Of a stretch of DNA of 64,000 bases, positions 23,614 through 38,808 are shown in pieces; position 1 is the stretch's first letter; every line of letters starts with the position of its first letter. Made by a program: the position numbers and the translations under genes. The stretch is from Auanema rhodensis (taxonomy: Eukaryota; Animalia; Nematoda): contig OZ059900.1 in assembly GCA_964057225.1 (NCBI GenBank), positions 10,230,001 through 10,294,000 on the forward strand, given 5' to 3'. The notes under the pieces are model-generated. The model searched no databases. It was given only the letters and a program-made list of their open reading frames with translations, and was not told where the DNA came from.

Positions 23614-26600
23614 ATCCAATGTCTTACGCCTCATCTGTTCTTTCATTTACACTCTCCTATTATTACATTCTATCTCGTTGTGCACTCTCATTGAAGCATT
23701 ATCTCTAACCTTTTCTGAACAGCAAGTAGTAGCTGTTGTGTGAACCTGACGTTGATTTGCCCTCCAACAACTTTCACTAATTCTCTTATAACTAAGTGCT
23801 GTCTAATTATTTCTCTGACCTCACATACATCGCTCTCTGCTTCTCTACTCATCTTCTACTTCTGCTGTTATAATCATCTTTGAACATCTCAGTAGTGACC
23901 TCTTTGAAAGATTCATTCTCTCCCTAGGTCACACATGACTATATACGACGATTTATATGAAACAAATTGCAATTGAATGATATAACAAATAAAAAACTGA
24001 TTCCATTAAAATGTTTTGATGCTATTGGATCTTAGCGCTGCTATGATCAAGAAATGATATGATACTTACAACATAACTAATAAGTTTTAACTTAAAAGCG
24101 AAAATGAAAGCAATTTCTATCATACTTGGTAGCATATATTCTACTGAAACAAGAAGCATAAGCCAATGCCATATAATTAATATTCAGATTCGATATGTGT
24201 TAAAGCCAAAAAGAATAAATATAACAATGCGCTGTTTAAATAATTGTTGGAAACAATGAGAATGGCCTTAAAATTAGATAAATATGAATAATCAAATTAT
24301 ATGAATACAATAGATATGAAAATCTAAATCTGAATAACTATCATACAATATTGAATATATCTGATAATTTCAACACATTATATAATTAAAAAAAAAAGAA
24401 AAAATGAAGGATTTAAAAAATTTAAAAAGACTGTTCTTGAAAGGTTTTTGAACTAAAAGGTCATTAAAAGTTTGTCATATTTTTTAAATGCAATTAAACT
24501 CAAAAAAAAAAGATAACAATGCATTTTACAATTTTATTCATAAACCCCTTACTTTTCATCTTGTATTTTGAGAGAAAAAACTGAAACATGTTACGTAAAT
24601 AGATTTATTTATGATTACGTATTTCCTGCAATTTTTATAATCTCAAGAGAATGAACCTAAAAATAATACAAAATTGATAAGACTGGCGAAATGTTGGAAA
24701 TAAAAGATCAAATATTATTTATAAGAAAAAAAAAGAAAAAACAATAGAACGTTGTTGGGCATTAGTTGCAGTTGATTCAATTAATTAAATAAAAGTTGTT
24801 TCTTCTCTAAACTTCTGCAAGCATGTATTCAGTCGTATAACATAATCCTGTAGCTGCAGGCCAAATTTAGATTATCTGATCAGAGAAGTAATAACATTGA
24901 ATGCTATTAACTGAAATAGTTTGGTTTTTTTTTTGACTGTTTCATTATCTTGCTTAGCTTTATGCAATCCGTTTAATATATTGCAAATTGGAGATTTTGA
25001 TGGGAAAACAAGATATAGACATACTCAAAATACCTAAATGTTATTATTTTGTTTCGAATATTATGTGTTTCATTTAGCAGTAACTTGAGAAAGAAAGAAA
25101 AAAAATTAATTGAAGAAAGAGAGTAGCATATAGAGAAAGAGAGAAACAAGAGAGACAGAGAGAAAGAAGGAAAAAACCAAAAAAAAATACAAAAAACACC
25201 AATTTACATGTTTTAAATTTTTTTATTTAAAAATCTGCAGAAGTTGGATGTCAAATAGTATTATTTTCAAACTATATTTTTTTTATGTTATTTCAACAAG
25301 CAGTTTTATATTATATTTTTTTGAATTCCAATCAAGTGATAAAGATAATAAACGTATAATTTACTTTATTTGTTCGTGATATCGTGACTAAACAAATAGA
25401 GAAATCATTAGTTTTTATCTGGCTTGATCTAATTTCTTGAGCTTTACATAGATCTATAGATTGGTATATTCTTCTAAAGTCTTATATATTTTATACTTTT
25501 ATATAGCTATTACAATCACAGAAATGCAATTATTTGTTTTAATCAAGCATAAACCCTTTTCATCTTTTCGAGCTAGAAAGAACTTGAAAAGTTCCTGTTT
25601 TTTTTCTTTTACCAACAATTATGTTTAAAAATTTTATTAAATTTTCTTTATTTGTTTCCCTATTTTAGTTTTTTCTCAAAGGAAACATGAGAATAGTAGT
25701 TGCTTTTCACTTAATTAATAATGATAATAGCTTGAAGAGGAGTATATTCCCAAGCAAAAACGATTTCCAAGGAACTATTTAGTTCCATCTCCTTGGAATG
25801 GAGAATGTGATATGCACAAGCACAAGCAGAAAGTTTAAAATATTTGAAATTTAAATTTTCTTCTTTTTCTCCTTTGATTCAGTCATTTGATAAAAATGGA
25901 AGAAAAACAAATAGATTGAGATTGGTGCTGAATGCAACAACCGATATCTGTTGATTGGCTCAAGCTTGAGAAAGAGGATGATATAAGAGAGAGTGCTGAG
26001 ATAAGTTTGAGTAAGAAGGTTAGCTGTTAGTCTTAGAAGGAGGGTAGCACTAGGGCAAAACAAGTATGCCTGGATCTGATGCACAGATCATTTTCAGATA
26101 TTGTTATTTCCTTTACCTTTTTTTTTCATATTTCGTCTTCGTAAACTTTTTTTTTGTTCATTTTTTTTCTTTCTGGAGTTAAAAAATATTTTTTTTTGGC
26201 AACTGGTGTTTGATCAGAAGGATATTGTACGGGCAGTCGTACCGCTTTTCTCGACTTCTGAGCACAAAGCCGGAAAAATAAACAGCTCAAAAGTAGTTGA
26301 GATGTTTTTGCTTCTTGAAATGTATGCTCCTATGTGTCAATGTTGCTCAGATGTCAAAGAATCAAGAAAAGCTTAAAATAACTTTATTTTTAATTTTTTG
26401 CACTTTATTTAAATTTAAATATTCAAATAGCTATTTACATATTTTAAATTAAATTTTCTCATCTAGATCATATAGTAAATATAGTTATAAACTAAAGATA
26501 TATATATATGTATATATTTCACATATTTTGATATATATATATGCCCATATAGTGTATATCATCTTAAAAAAGAAAAGTATAGTTTGTAGCTTATATAATT

Positions 26601-29600
26601 GCAATTGAACGTTATAAAAAAGAAATTTTCTATTTCTTCTTCCTCTTCTTTGCAATTTTTCATCATAATGTCCATTTTGTTTGTTTGTTTTGTATAAAAT
26701 ATAGAAGAAAAAAGTAGAAAACGAAGCAAAAAAAAAGAAAATATATATGTAAACATATCATTAAGTAAAACAAAAACTATGGCCATCTTGATATATTATA
26801 TCTTTACCAGCTTTTCTTCAGCTTCCCTATCCACTCCTCAATTCTCGGATTATACGCAATCACTTAAAAAAGAATTTTTCCCCCTCTTCTCATCTATAGC
26901 CAGATATACATTTCAACATTTGTTTAAAAGCTTTATGAAGAGCATGAAAAATAAATGGAAGCAGTTCATTATTCAATAGTATACTTTAACTTTCTTGCAG
27001 TATGTCATGGACTTTGGTTTAAATACCACTACTTTCAAGATAAAACTTCAGTTCACAACTCTTCATTATTTTTTCCTTCTGTCTCTATTTTTTTTCTCTC
27101 TCTCATACTTTTCATTATCTTTCTATCTCTCTCTTAAAGCTCTGTCGCAATCATGTTTTCACATACATCATAGTTTTTTTATTTAGTACTTCTTAAAGTT
27201 TGCTCCCAAAATAAAACTACTTTTGAGGCTAAAGCAGAATATTTGAATTTGAAATATTTCAAATCAACTTATCTTCAATTGATTTTTTTATGATATATAA
27301 CATGTAAAAAACATTTATATAGTAATAATACCTATTGTCATAATATATTTTAATGATTTATCTTAATTATATGATATAATCTGATATATAATCATTTATT
27401 ATTATTTCTTATCTTCCCTTATCCCACAATATCATCGTGGTTGCTGCCAACCAGCGTGTTGTCTCATTTAAATCCGATAGAAGATTTGCGCAGACTAAAC
27501 CTTCCCGCCTAACAAACAAAACAAATACATATGGCTGATTTGAGGAAGATGAGCGTTAGGGCATGCAGAAAAATGGAAGAGAGTAAGATATCCACTGTTC
27601 GAATCTGCTGGTTTCAATAAGATTACATACGGCACGACAGATTTGGAATTATTTTTGTGTTGTCATCAGCTGACAAGCAGATGACATGATTTCTTACCGA
27701 TTCAACAAAAAAAGAGAGAGAAGCCTCGAACAAGCCTTTTTTTGTGAAAAAATTTTCCCATCTTCATTTTGTTCTCTATTTTTGTTCTTTCTTATTCTTT
27801 GGACAGATTTTTTTTCTTTTTTCTTCTTCTCCTTTATCTTCATGTGCAGTCGTTCGACACACGTCTTGGCATGTTTTTCAATGTTCATCCGTCTCCTAGA
27901 GCTGAATCTCGACTCCGTGAACCATTTTAATATTTTCCGTTTTAACAAATATCGTTATGATGAGTGGGCACACACACACACATACACATACATGCACATG
28001 CATATACAGAATATGAATGCGGAATGAAAAGAAGAAAAGAAAACTTACAGCCTTACACACTATTTTTTACTTTTCTTTGTTAGCGTCGCATACTTCTTCT
28101 ATCTCTCTGAGAGAGTAGCATTATTTATGTTTTATAATTTATATTATTATGAGAATATATATAATTTATATACATATATACCATATATCATTGAAATATA
28201 ATTGATATATTCTATATTTTTTGAATAAGTTTCATCACATTCAACTAAACTATTATTTTAAGAAACTTAGAAGAAAAAGAATTTTATTCTAATTGCTTAT
28301 TTTAAAAAAAGTATTCTTCATCTAATAATATTTGTCTGTCACTATTTACTATATACTATTCCAATTATTATAATAATAATACTTGAAATAATACTTCAAG
28401 TGTCGTCTTTTTTCATTTCTAAATGCCCATATCATAGTTTGTATTCAGTAATTATAATGTATATAAGTTAAATTAAAATTTTTCATTATTTAGCCTTTAA
28501 TCCGAAGGCGTTTTACATCCTTTTTTTTTAAATATCAATGTTCATATGAACAATTGTATTTAATTATTTTTTAAACAAGTATTATTATATTTATGCTTAA
28601 TTAGTATGTCATGATATGCTTTTGTTATTTTTATTATTTAATTGAGCTATGACATTTTTTTCTCACTATTTTCAAACTTTAATTAAACTTAATTTGATTT
28701 TTCTCATTATCTTACTGAAAACTCTTGGAATTCGTCCTAATTGTGCTGTTAAAACCAGGAAATCATGGCCAAAAAATAATGATGTGGAATAGTCATCTCA
28801 CATGATCTCATACATGTAAATCCGTATAAATACTTCATTGTCTTACATCAAATTCATATCACTCTTTTTTTTCAAACTTTGCTTTTTCTTCCTTGTCTCG
28901 CTCATAAATGAGTAATGTACTTGTCCGAGCAAAACCTTGGCTTTTATGTTTATAGTGAAAGTTATTAGAAAACCTTTAATACAAATCTTTTAACTTTCTT
29001 GATTCTCATTATGTTGCTGTTATTCTGTTTGGCAAGTGTTTCTAATTCCTTGAGACTTTCTTTCTGTTTTCTCTCTTGTTTTTCCTTTAGATGTGAACAT
29101 TTGAAACACGTTAAGTTGATAACTAAGATTTTTTTACTTTTTCTTTCGTTAAATTCCGCCGAAGGAGAAGAAAAGAAATGAAAATATGATAAATAATAGC
29201 TATATAGCAACATCAACAACAGCTTCACGCTTATAAACTACTTAAAAACATATAATAAGAATATCAAAAGTGCTGATTGGATTTGCTTAATTCAAAGCTT
29301 TTTTTCACATAAATTAACATATGATTTGATGAATCACAACAAACAATGAGCAAAAAAAAAAGATTCGAGGTCAAATCATGTTAACCAATGTTTCAAGTGT
29401 TTTGTCGCTCTTTCTCTAAAAGTTTTGTCTGTTTCCGACGTGAATCTCATTCATTAACTACATTCAACGTTTCCTCTTTTTTTTTTGTTTTAAATTGGTC
29501 TCATACTCATATTATTCATTCGAAGCTTTTCATTTTTTGGTTAAAAATTGTTAAATAATGCATATTATTTATTTATTTTAGTTGAATATAAAATTATTTA

Positions 29601-32600
29601 TTTAAACAGAATAAATAAATAAGCAAATGCACTTTATTTGATATGCTTTGTCATTTTTTCATATGTTATGTCATTTTCTGAGAAAATCCTTCAAGTAGTC
29701 TCGTAGTTGCAAACTAATCAGTTTATCTTCTAACTCAATATCTATTCTTTTGCTGCCAAAATCTTCCATTCACTAACGTTGAGGAGAATGAAATATTGCG
29801 AGAAAAAAGAATGAGAGAGAAAGGAAGAAAGAAAAAAAAGAGTTAAGGCAAATCGGCCGCCATGAAAATCGGGGGCTCGGAAATGTATTCAACGCTATTC
29901 GTTACTTCGAGAAAATCTTTTAGTATTTAGTAGGTTCAAGAAATCTTTAGGCTTGTTACGTCAAAAGAGCTTAGATGACTTCGTAACGAAATAGGATGCC
30001 GCTCCTGATGTCGTTTGTATGAAGAGGTTGAATAAGATGTAGAGAGACGAATAGATAAAAAGTTAGAAAGATATACAGAGAGATAGACAGAAGAACTGAA
30101 GAAGAGAGAAAATGATAAAGAGAGAGAGAGAGAAAGATTTTTGCCACTTCAATCCATCTACAGCTCATCTATATGCGTCAGATTCCCATATTCTCATATC
30201 CCTCAATCTCCTTCTTAGAGAGCAAGTCTTTTAAAGCAGTTAGTGTTTGAAAGAATAATGAGAATAAGTGAAATAGAGAGAATCCAAAAGAGAAAGAAAT
30301 GGAATTTTAAAAAAGTGACAGAAGGATAGATAAAGATATATGCACTTTAAGTTAAGGAAGGTTTTTACACTTTTGTCCTTCGGCTTCTTTCCTCGAGGCT
30401 ATGTGATAATCTGTCAGTTTGGGCACTTCTAGCAAAGCAAATGAGTAAAAAAGCTGCTTGCCCATGACACGCCGGATATGTTTAAAAATGATTTTCCCTC
30501 CAATAGAGAATGAGAGAAAATGAGCAAAGCAAGAAAAGAGCAATAAGAAGGAAGAGGGCGAATAGCAGTAATATGAGCAGAAAAAAGAAAGATTCGTTGA
30601 TTTTTCCTTCTTTATCTTTATATACATACATATTAGCTATTATATATTCAAAAAAAACTTTTGCTGCCACCAAGCATGATGTGTGGACGATGATGATGAG
30701 CATATCAAGTAGATATAAAGCTTGATTGACATTCTAATATAGATATGTGCATCAGATAATCGACCTCATTTTCTTGATGATCTCAATCTCAATCTTTTTT
30801 TCGTCGTCTTCTTCTTCTTCTTCGTCGTCGCTTTTTCCTCATCATCGTACCACCATCGATAAATTGCTTTTCAGTGACATTTCCGCATATAGTTTTCTGC
30901 TGGGCTAAAATTATTTTTTCTCAAAAACTATAAATGGAATATATTAATCTCAAAATAATTTATAATAGTTTTTTATTTAACTTCCTAATTATTCATCTAA
31001 AATAGTTATTATCTATCTATTTTTATGTTATTTCAACTATAACGTGTATGCTATTCTTCATAGTTTGGTGTCTTACATCTTACTCCTTCTTCAATCTCTT
31101 TCTCTATTTTGGTCATTCCCGCTCTAATTCTGCTCAAAATATATATTTATCAGATTCTTTGCTTGGATATTGTACTATCTTAAGTACCAGTTAAATCTAT
31201 TCTACAATAAATTGATGAATTTAATTATTTTTTGTTTAATTTTTGTATTTATTTTGCGTTTCAACAATGTTCTACTTTTTCTGATCTGCAATTTTCATTC
31301 TTGACTTATACATAGATAGAAGAACAATGTGTGAGTTAAATCTTACTTGGGTATTCCATAAATTATGAGCTAAAATGGAAGAAAGACAGATATAGCTGAC
31401 TAGAAGTTAGAGAAAATAGATGAAGATAAAGTTGGTGCTGTTGGTAAAGAAGTAAAAAACTGAGCATTGAAGGATGGTCATCAATTACATGACATCCAAC
31501 TTTACCAACTCTGTCCCATATTCTCTATCACTCATATGTATTTCCACAAATTTGCTTCATCTTTGTTCATCTATGTCTTTCTTTGAGATGTTTCTATGTA
31601 TATATCTGATATTTTATCTTGTTCGTCTTCCTTTTTGACATTACTTCCTGCTTTTGAGGTTATATTTTATATTTCCACATTCATTTTTCAACATATGGCT
31701 CGTGAAAACAATCTGTTTAACATTTCCATCCACAATTCTTGGAAAAACAGATTCAAGTTGGAAGTATTTGAATTGTTGGTGGAATGATGCGTTTTATCCA
31801 TGGTTTCTGCTGTTTCACTTGGTTTTACACGAGATGAGAGTGGGTTGGGAAACTTGTTAAGGTAGCAGACATTTTTTGGTCGTTAGTAGAGAAAATATTA
31901 AAAGATAGCAGAAAATTGCAATAAGATTCGCCCATGAAGATGTGCATCAAAGTTTTGCGATTGAATGCAAAAATAAACAGAGGTCAGGGGTCATCACGAG
32001 TACATTTGATGTATGAAGATGTGTGACTCGTCAGATAATCAGATCCCTTGAGAGCGCTCGAAATGAACTGCGAATGTGCATAAGCGTGTTGTACCATTTG
32101 AAAAGTAGCAAAAGAGTTTATTCATTGAACATCCCAAGCTTAGCGGGTGTATGTGCCATTTGTGGGTGAGAAGAAACTGAGAAAAAACAGAAAATTTTTG
32201 CAAAAATGAACAAGATAGGACAGAAATGGAAAGGCCAAACGGAAAGTGCGATAGAACAATAGAGAGTGAGAACAATTGAGAGAGGAGATTGAAACGGTGA
32301 GAAGAGTGGAACTCGAATTAGAAAGAGTAGGAAATTGAGAGAGATAGAAAGACAAGAGAAAGAGAGAGAAATTGCGAGTAGGATTGAACAAGCTGTTTGA
32401 ATTTTAGACTTGAGCAACATTAGGATGACGACGAAAGAGGCAACAAATCGCCACAAAGAAGAAGAAATACGGCTATTGATGTTCTGAAATTTAGCAAAAT
32501 TTCTGAGATGTGCTCAAGTAATAAAAGAATTGAACTATTGGTAAAATAGTTCTTCAGCTTTGAAAGTACAGGCGTGGTTTAAGCTTTTTTTCTTAAAAAT

Positions 32601-35600
32601 AGCCAAAATTGCGAAAAATCTGACAAGGAACAGATTAGTTTGAGTTTGTTTTGTGTATATTTATATATGTAAATATGAGAAAAAAGGAGAAAGTTAATAT
32701 AATCTGACAAGTAGATGATTAGTTTGAACTCGAAAAAGTATATTTATATCCATGAGTGATGGAAAAGAATGAAAAAACCATGTGAAAATACGCAAACAAG
32801 CGAATGTATATAAGAAGAGATTGAAAGAGAAAAAACGGAGTGGGAGAAAAAAGTGAGAAACATGGATATTGCATCATGAGCTAACTGTTGAATATATATA
32901 ATGTGCTATATGTTCTATATGTGTGTATGTGTGTCACCAAATATCCTTTTTGAAAAGATTTTCTTCATCTACTTAATAGCATTTCATCTATTTTATATGT
33001 AACATGTAAGATATGAGGCCAGATATAAGGCCTAGCTAACTTTGATTATCTATGTGTATAGTATACATATAGTTTAAGGATTTATTTTGTTTGTTCGAGC
33101 GCAATAATGTGTTGAACTGAATAACTGGTCAATTCTCAAAGTCTTTAATTCAATCTTTCAATATTCCTAGATCCTTTTACTATAATATTATTCATTTTTC
33201 TGTGTAACTATAGATGCATCGACATATACGTATAGTATATAGCTCATCTAAATCTGTTAGAGGGCTATGCTTGTGTGTGGTGTAGATATGTCATTGTACT
33301 CAAGTTCTAATCTGCTTGAATAATTTACATCTAATGAACATCTCGGTAGTTCTATTTTGAGCACATTGTGATCTAGAGTGTTTCAGTTACTCCCTCTCTG
33401 TTCTTTCAAACAAATTCGCTTTCTTGTGCTCTACCAATTCTATTGACCACATTTTTTCATTAAACTTCTGCTACTTCTTCTAATCTCTTTGTAACATTTT
33501 CAGTCTGAAAAAATGATAATGATTAACCATTATTTCAATTTATTGCTTTGAATATCGAAACTTTGTTAAGCTTAATTATGCTATAAAAATAATTTATTTT
33601 GGTTCATTAAGACCCATATATCGTCATTCGTACACAGTCTCAGCTGTTTCATTTGAGTTCATAAAGATTATACTAGTATTCATAAAGTCTAAACTGATTT
33701 CTAATCTTCCATTTTTTGAGCAAAAAATGAGAAAAAAGATTAAAATAGCTTGAAACTATCTTGAAATACAGCTTTTTTTTATTATTCATGCACACAGTTG
33801 TCCGCTTCATTTGTTATGGCACTTTTTCAATAATTTAAGCTTTCATGTTGAAACGTTTTGGACACATTCAACTTCCATATTTTGGGAAATTTTTCCATTT
33901 TTGAAATAAATTAAATTCAGCTCAAAGAATAAACATCAGATCTCTTACTCTTAACCTCATACTTCTTGTTGCACAGTAACAACAGAACTCAGCTTGCTAT
34001 ATGAAGTTGAATGAGCTTAATATCTAATATATTCTCATATTTCAGTCATGCTGTTTCACATACATTGCATGACAATCTCAAATGAACAACTACGTATCAC
34101 TTTTCTAACTACTAATTAGCCATTTTTCGACGTTTTCGCTTATCTTTTTTTGGATGAAAAATGACAACATTTTGACTTTTTTTGATGTTCAAGATATGAG
34201 ATAGGACTCGATTAGTATGGCAATGATATAATCACGATAACTCGTCGTAATATGAGAACTCTCGAAAAAACTTTATAACTTGGCCATCTTGAACACTTAT
34301 CGCATATTGCCAAACTAGCCAGCTACGCCATTTGTTCCGTATATAAACGTTCCATTATCGTCCTTTTTCACTTGAAGCACTTCTCTATCATTTTATAACC
34401 TTTTTTCCTAAAACTGCTTTTCGTCATTGCATCAGATAGGAAGAAGCTGAAATCTCGCTATCTATCCACCCACCTCTAGTTTACTTCTTCCTCATCACTT
34501 TGTTTCAACTTTGGACTGGTTGTCTTCATTGTTGCTTTAGTGGTGCTAACATCCACATTTTCCATTACATTAACACGAGAAAATAGAAAAAAAAAGGAAA
34601 GAAAAGTAAATTAAAATCTCTTAATGTTATCCAAGGATTAATTTACTTTTCTGTTTTTCAATGAAAAACATTAGAAATTACATCATCTGCTCGTTCCGCT
34701 AATTGAAGCTATTTATGTTTCTTTAATCTTTAATCATAAAATTAAAATATCAAAATAGGTGCTTTCTTCTCGTGTTTTTGTCATAACTTTTTTCTTTTTT
34801 TCTTACTGTTTTTGAACATTTTTTGTTAATTCTTATAGTTAACTACCTAACTTTATATAGTTTGTTGTACGAGCCTAATGATGCGCAAGTCAACTAATCA
34901 TTCATTATAGAAACACCCAAAAAAAGACATTTCAAGCAAAAAAAAAACAGTTTAAAACGAAGATTTTGTGTCTGTCTACCATTATGGCACTATTACTCAA
35001 TTTTGCTTGCTAGTTGTCACTAACGAGTTTGGAGTAAGAGCCGAGCTTTTGTCTATAACTCCTGTTTTCATTTTTTTTTGTTTCTCTTCCTTCTTTTTTC
35101 TGCCACTTTTTCATATACTTCTCTTACTATGAACGAAATAATGAGCATTTTTTTGTTTCTTCTTAGGAATTTTCATCAGTGTCTCTCGTACGATGTTCAG
35201 CTCCTCAGTAGCACGTTGTCAGTTTCTAATCCGTTGAAGCTGTAAATCCTATCAGATATTTTTGTGCAAAAGTTATGATCGGAAACACGTGCTGGATTAT
35301 AATGTTTCAATTAACTCTCAGTACTTTTCACTTAAATGTCCACATTGTGCTTCCATGTTCACGTTTTTAGAGGTTTCATTTCATTTTTTCTCATCAATTT
35401 CAAATTAAATTAAAACACTCAACAAAAAAAAAGTTGAAGATGAAGCGCTTGATCAATCTGTCTGATCTATTCTGAACATTGAACATTTAGTCCATAACAC
35501 ATCTGCTTACTTCAATCATTGGTTTGCTATAAAATCCTTGCAATCTTGTTCTAATTAAACCTGGCATATCTCTCGCTCTCTCTCTCTATCTCAAACTTCC

Positions 35601-38600
35601 GCACTTATACCAAAAAACACTCATGTTAATGCCAAAATAATCAAAATAACTTGGCAATATTATGCGACTTTGTTCATCTAAGTGCTGCGTATTATGAGTT
35701 CATAGTGTGATATACTTTAACCATGTTCCCGCATAGTTTTCAACAAATAATTCACAACCTGATTACATATTTTTCTAGTAAAAAGAGTTCTCTTCAAGTT
35801 ATTATGTATGCGAATTTCTTCATTTCTGATCACCTTTTTTTCATTTTTTTTTTTCAATTTTTTTCTAGAACTTTTTTTGACTTTTCATAAACGGAATAGA
35901 TCCAATTACTATCGCTATAAAATCTCAGAAATATCCTCCAATTGTGCTATCCTTTTCTTTGTCAAACTAGCAGCTTGATTTCAAGAAATATGAGAAATAT
36001 ATTCCAATTGTGCTCGCTGTCATCTAAAAGGCCATTTGTTGTCCTATGATGGAATCAACACGGCCAAAGTCTCGCAGTAATGAGATCATTTTACTTGGAA
36101 AAACATGCTAAAAAGATGGATCATCAGCTGTTCCTCCTACAAAAAAGCCATTATTTCCGTTCGTGAGCTTTCTTAATACGCAGATTTTGAAACAAAAATG
36201 TTTTTTTTTTCCTTATTTCATTTTCGTTCGCACCAAAATAGACTTCCTGGGATATGGAACAGCCCGTCTCTTCATTTTCATGTATATCATATTCTAGTAT
36301 CTCGTATATCTCTACGAAACTACAAAGATTATAGAAAATAAATATAGTTTGTCGGATCATTTGTTGAAAATTGTTATTTTTCTTCTTCTTTTCTCATAAT
36401 TCTTACCCTATATTTCTTTTTTTTCTTTGTTTTCTTTTTGTAGTTTTTTTACATGCATGACATCTCAAATTTATAGATCCACATCAAAATACAAAATATA
36501 TAATTTCAAATATAATATAATATATATTGTTCATATGAAAATGAATTGCTATTTCTTTTATCTTTTTATATTTTAGTTTATCTGTCAATCTGTTTTCTGC
36601 TTTTTCATATTTTTTTAAAATTTATTTGAGAATCCAGACATCTTATTTTAGTGTTTTAAACATCAGCAAATACAGAGTATATTCAGAATCCATTCTATTT
36701 TCCTCTATTTTTTTCTTTTTTTTTCAATATAATTGTTCAACAACTACCGTGTTATTATCTCATTTCCTCGTTTTACCCTCCATGTAAATCGGTGAGCAGA
36801 CGAAGAGAAAAAGCAAAAGGAAGAGAGAAACAGTTTATTGCTCCAAAAACAATCCAATAAACTCTTCAAACAAAAACGTATTATTAATGTAGATATGAGT
36901 AAAAAGAGGAAATCGAAACAGACATAGTTTTCAGCTATAAACGTAAATCATGAGACCTTTTTCTTTTTGTCAAATTGAGCAATCATTCAGATCTGAAACG
37001 AGCTTAATGATTGCAATAAATCTTATTGTTCAATCTTAGTCATCATGTTCTGCCAGATAAACACTATGCGGTTTGTCTCGTCACTCTATGATTCACTGAA
37101 TCTCAGAGACGTCGCACAAACTTAAGAGATTTATAAATTATTTTTTTCTTTTTCTTATTTTAATCCAAACAAATTGAAATATTTCTCAATTTATTTAACA
37201 ACATCTGACTTCATTTTCTGTTTATATATATAAATATATATATATTTTCCGCTTTTTCTCTCACATCTCTTTCATAATCTACTTTTTTTTTGTATTTTAT
37301 GCGAGCAATCATCAACACACCACCATCTCAATGCATTTTTTTTCAAATTCTTGAATAAACTTCCGAAACATGAGCTTGCATTTCTGGGTTATTCCACGAA
37401 TCTTGCTTCTTTCATTCTTTCTCATTGTTTTACAAGTAATTGAGCAATTTCACATATCAAGTGCATACGTATACCAAAGCAAAATGTTGAGTCATTTTTC
37501 TTGTTACTCACATAGATCAGTGCATGTATAACTTGATAGAGATGTTGCCCTCAATCAGCTTTTCCTGAATTTGTCAGTAACAGCGCATACACTCAGCTAA
37601 CATCATCCATCTTGAAAATTCTTCAACTTATGACACAAAAAGTTCAAAATCAAAAAGTCCGCATAATGCAAGGCACTGAAATTGACAAAATGTGAATATC
37701 GGTGTGTATGTGTGGAACAGATGTCTGTATAATGCTGTAGCATTTGTGTCGATCAACATATGCCTCTATCTCGTCCACCTCCACCCTCATCCTTTATACC
37801 TCTAATGCATCTTCTTCGCACTCCCAGATCAGCTCTGACACACTGATTGCAATAAGTTGACTGAAGATATTGAGTTCTGACAATCATTCGATTTAAAGTG
37901 TTAAAATGGACTTGTCCATCATGTTTCGCATGTGGCTGTCATAGTCTCAAACTCTTCATCATCCATTTCCTCCAGAAGACCACATGAGTGTAGGTACATC
38001 AGTATATTCAGATATATAGCGATACCTTACACAATTAACAAGCACACTAGCAGTTATCTGTCAGTCGCTGATGGTCCGAATGTGATTGAAGTGAGAAGCC
38101 GAGCCAAGTAATTGTCAGGTGCTATGGTGTTATCTTCTCATCCATCGTCACGAAAACCAGCCGACTTTCATGTTTCTTGATTCTGTTAAAATTTGTCGAT
38201 TTCTCGCATTATCTGAATTTAATTCATTTAAAAATAACAAAACAAATTTTTATTATTTTTCAATTAAATAAAAAGAAAAATAATGTGCTCAATCTATTAT
38301 TTAATGTGCCCCATCATTCAAGCATTGCCACATTTTCTTCCAGCATTTTTTGCTCCTTATCGCATAGCTCTTGATTCTTTTTGACAATATAACATTAAAT
38401 AATTGAAGAGAGAAAGCTACTCTTCTGTTCATCGCAATGTACTTCATCATCTTGGAAGGACTTCCACAACTCTCTCATTTCTGGGTGCTACTGTTGTTCT
38501 AACTTATATTCATTTTTTGTGATTCTCATTCGAGTCTCTTCTCTTTTTCTCTATTTCACATTAATTACTCTCTCAACAACTCTCTCTCTCTCCCAACTAT

Positions 38601-38808
38601 AACTATCTATGTTTTCTATATGTGTATTCGCGTGTCTTTATCTTTTTCAATATTATAGTTGTTTGTACTTAAGTTCTTCTAATTCAATATTTTTTTCACA
38701 ACTTATGCAATGTGTTGTCATATACACTGTGTTCATTTATTTCAAGTACATCTTCCTATTTTTTACAGATATCCACGCTATTATTAGTTTGTGAATGCTT
38801 GTCTGGTT

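Noticed and set aside
29851-29882. snRNA PSE-like motif (TCGGCCGC...GGGGGCTCGG)
   Set aside because: No recognisable snRNA or snoRNA follows in either direction.
23391-38374. Dozens of 60-110 aa F/L/S- or K/R/E-rich ORFs
   Set aside because: They are translations of CT/GA and poly-T tracts, often overlapping on both strands, with no domain or consistent splice structure.
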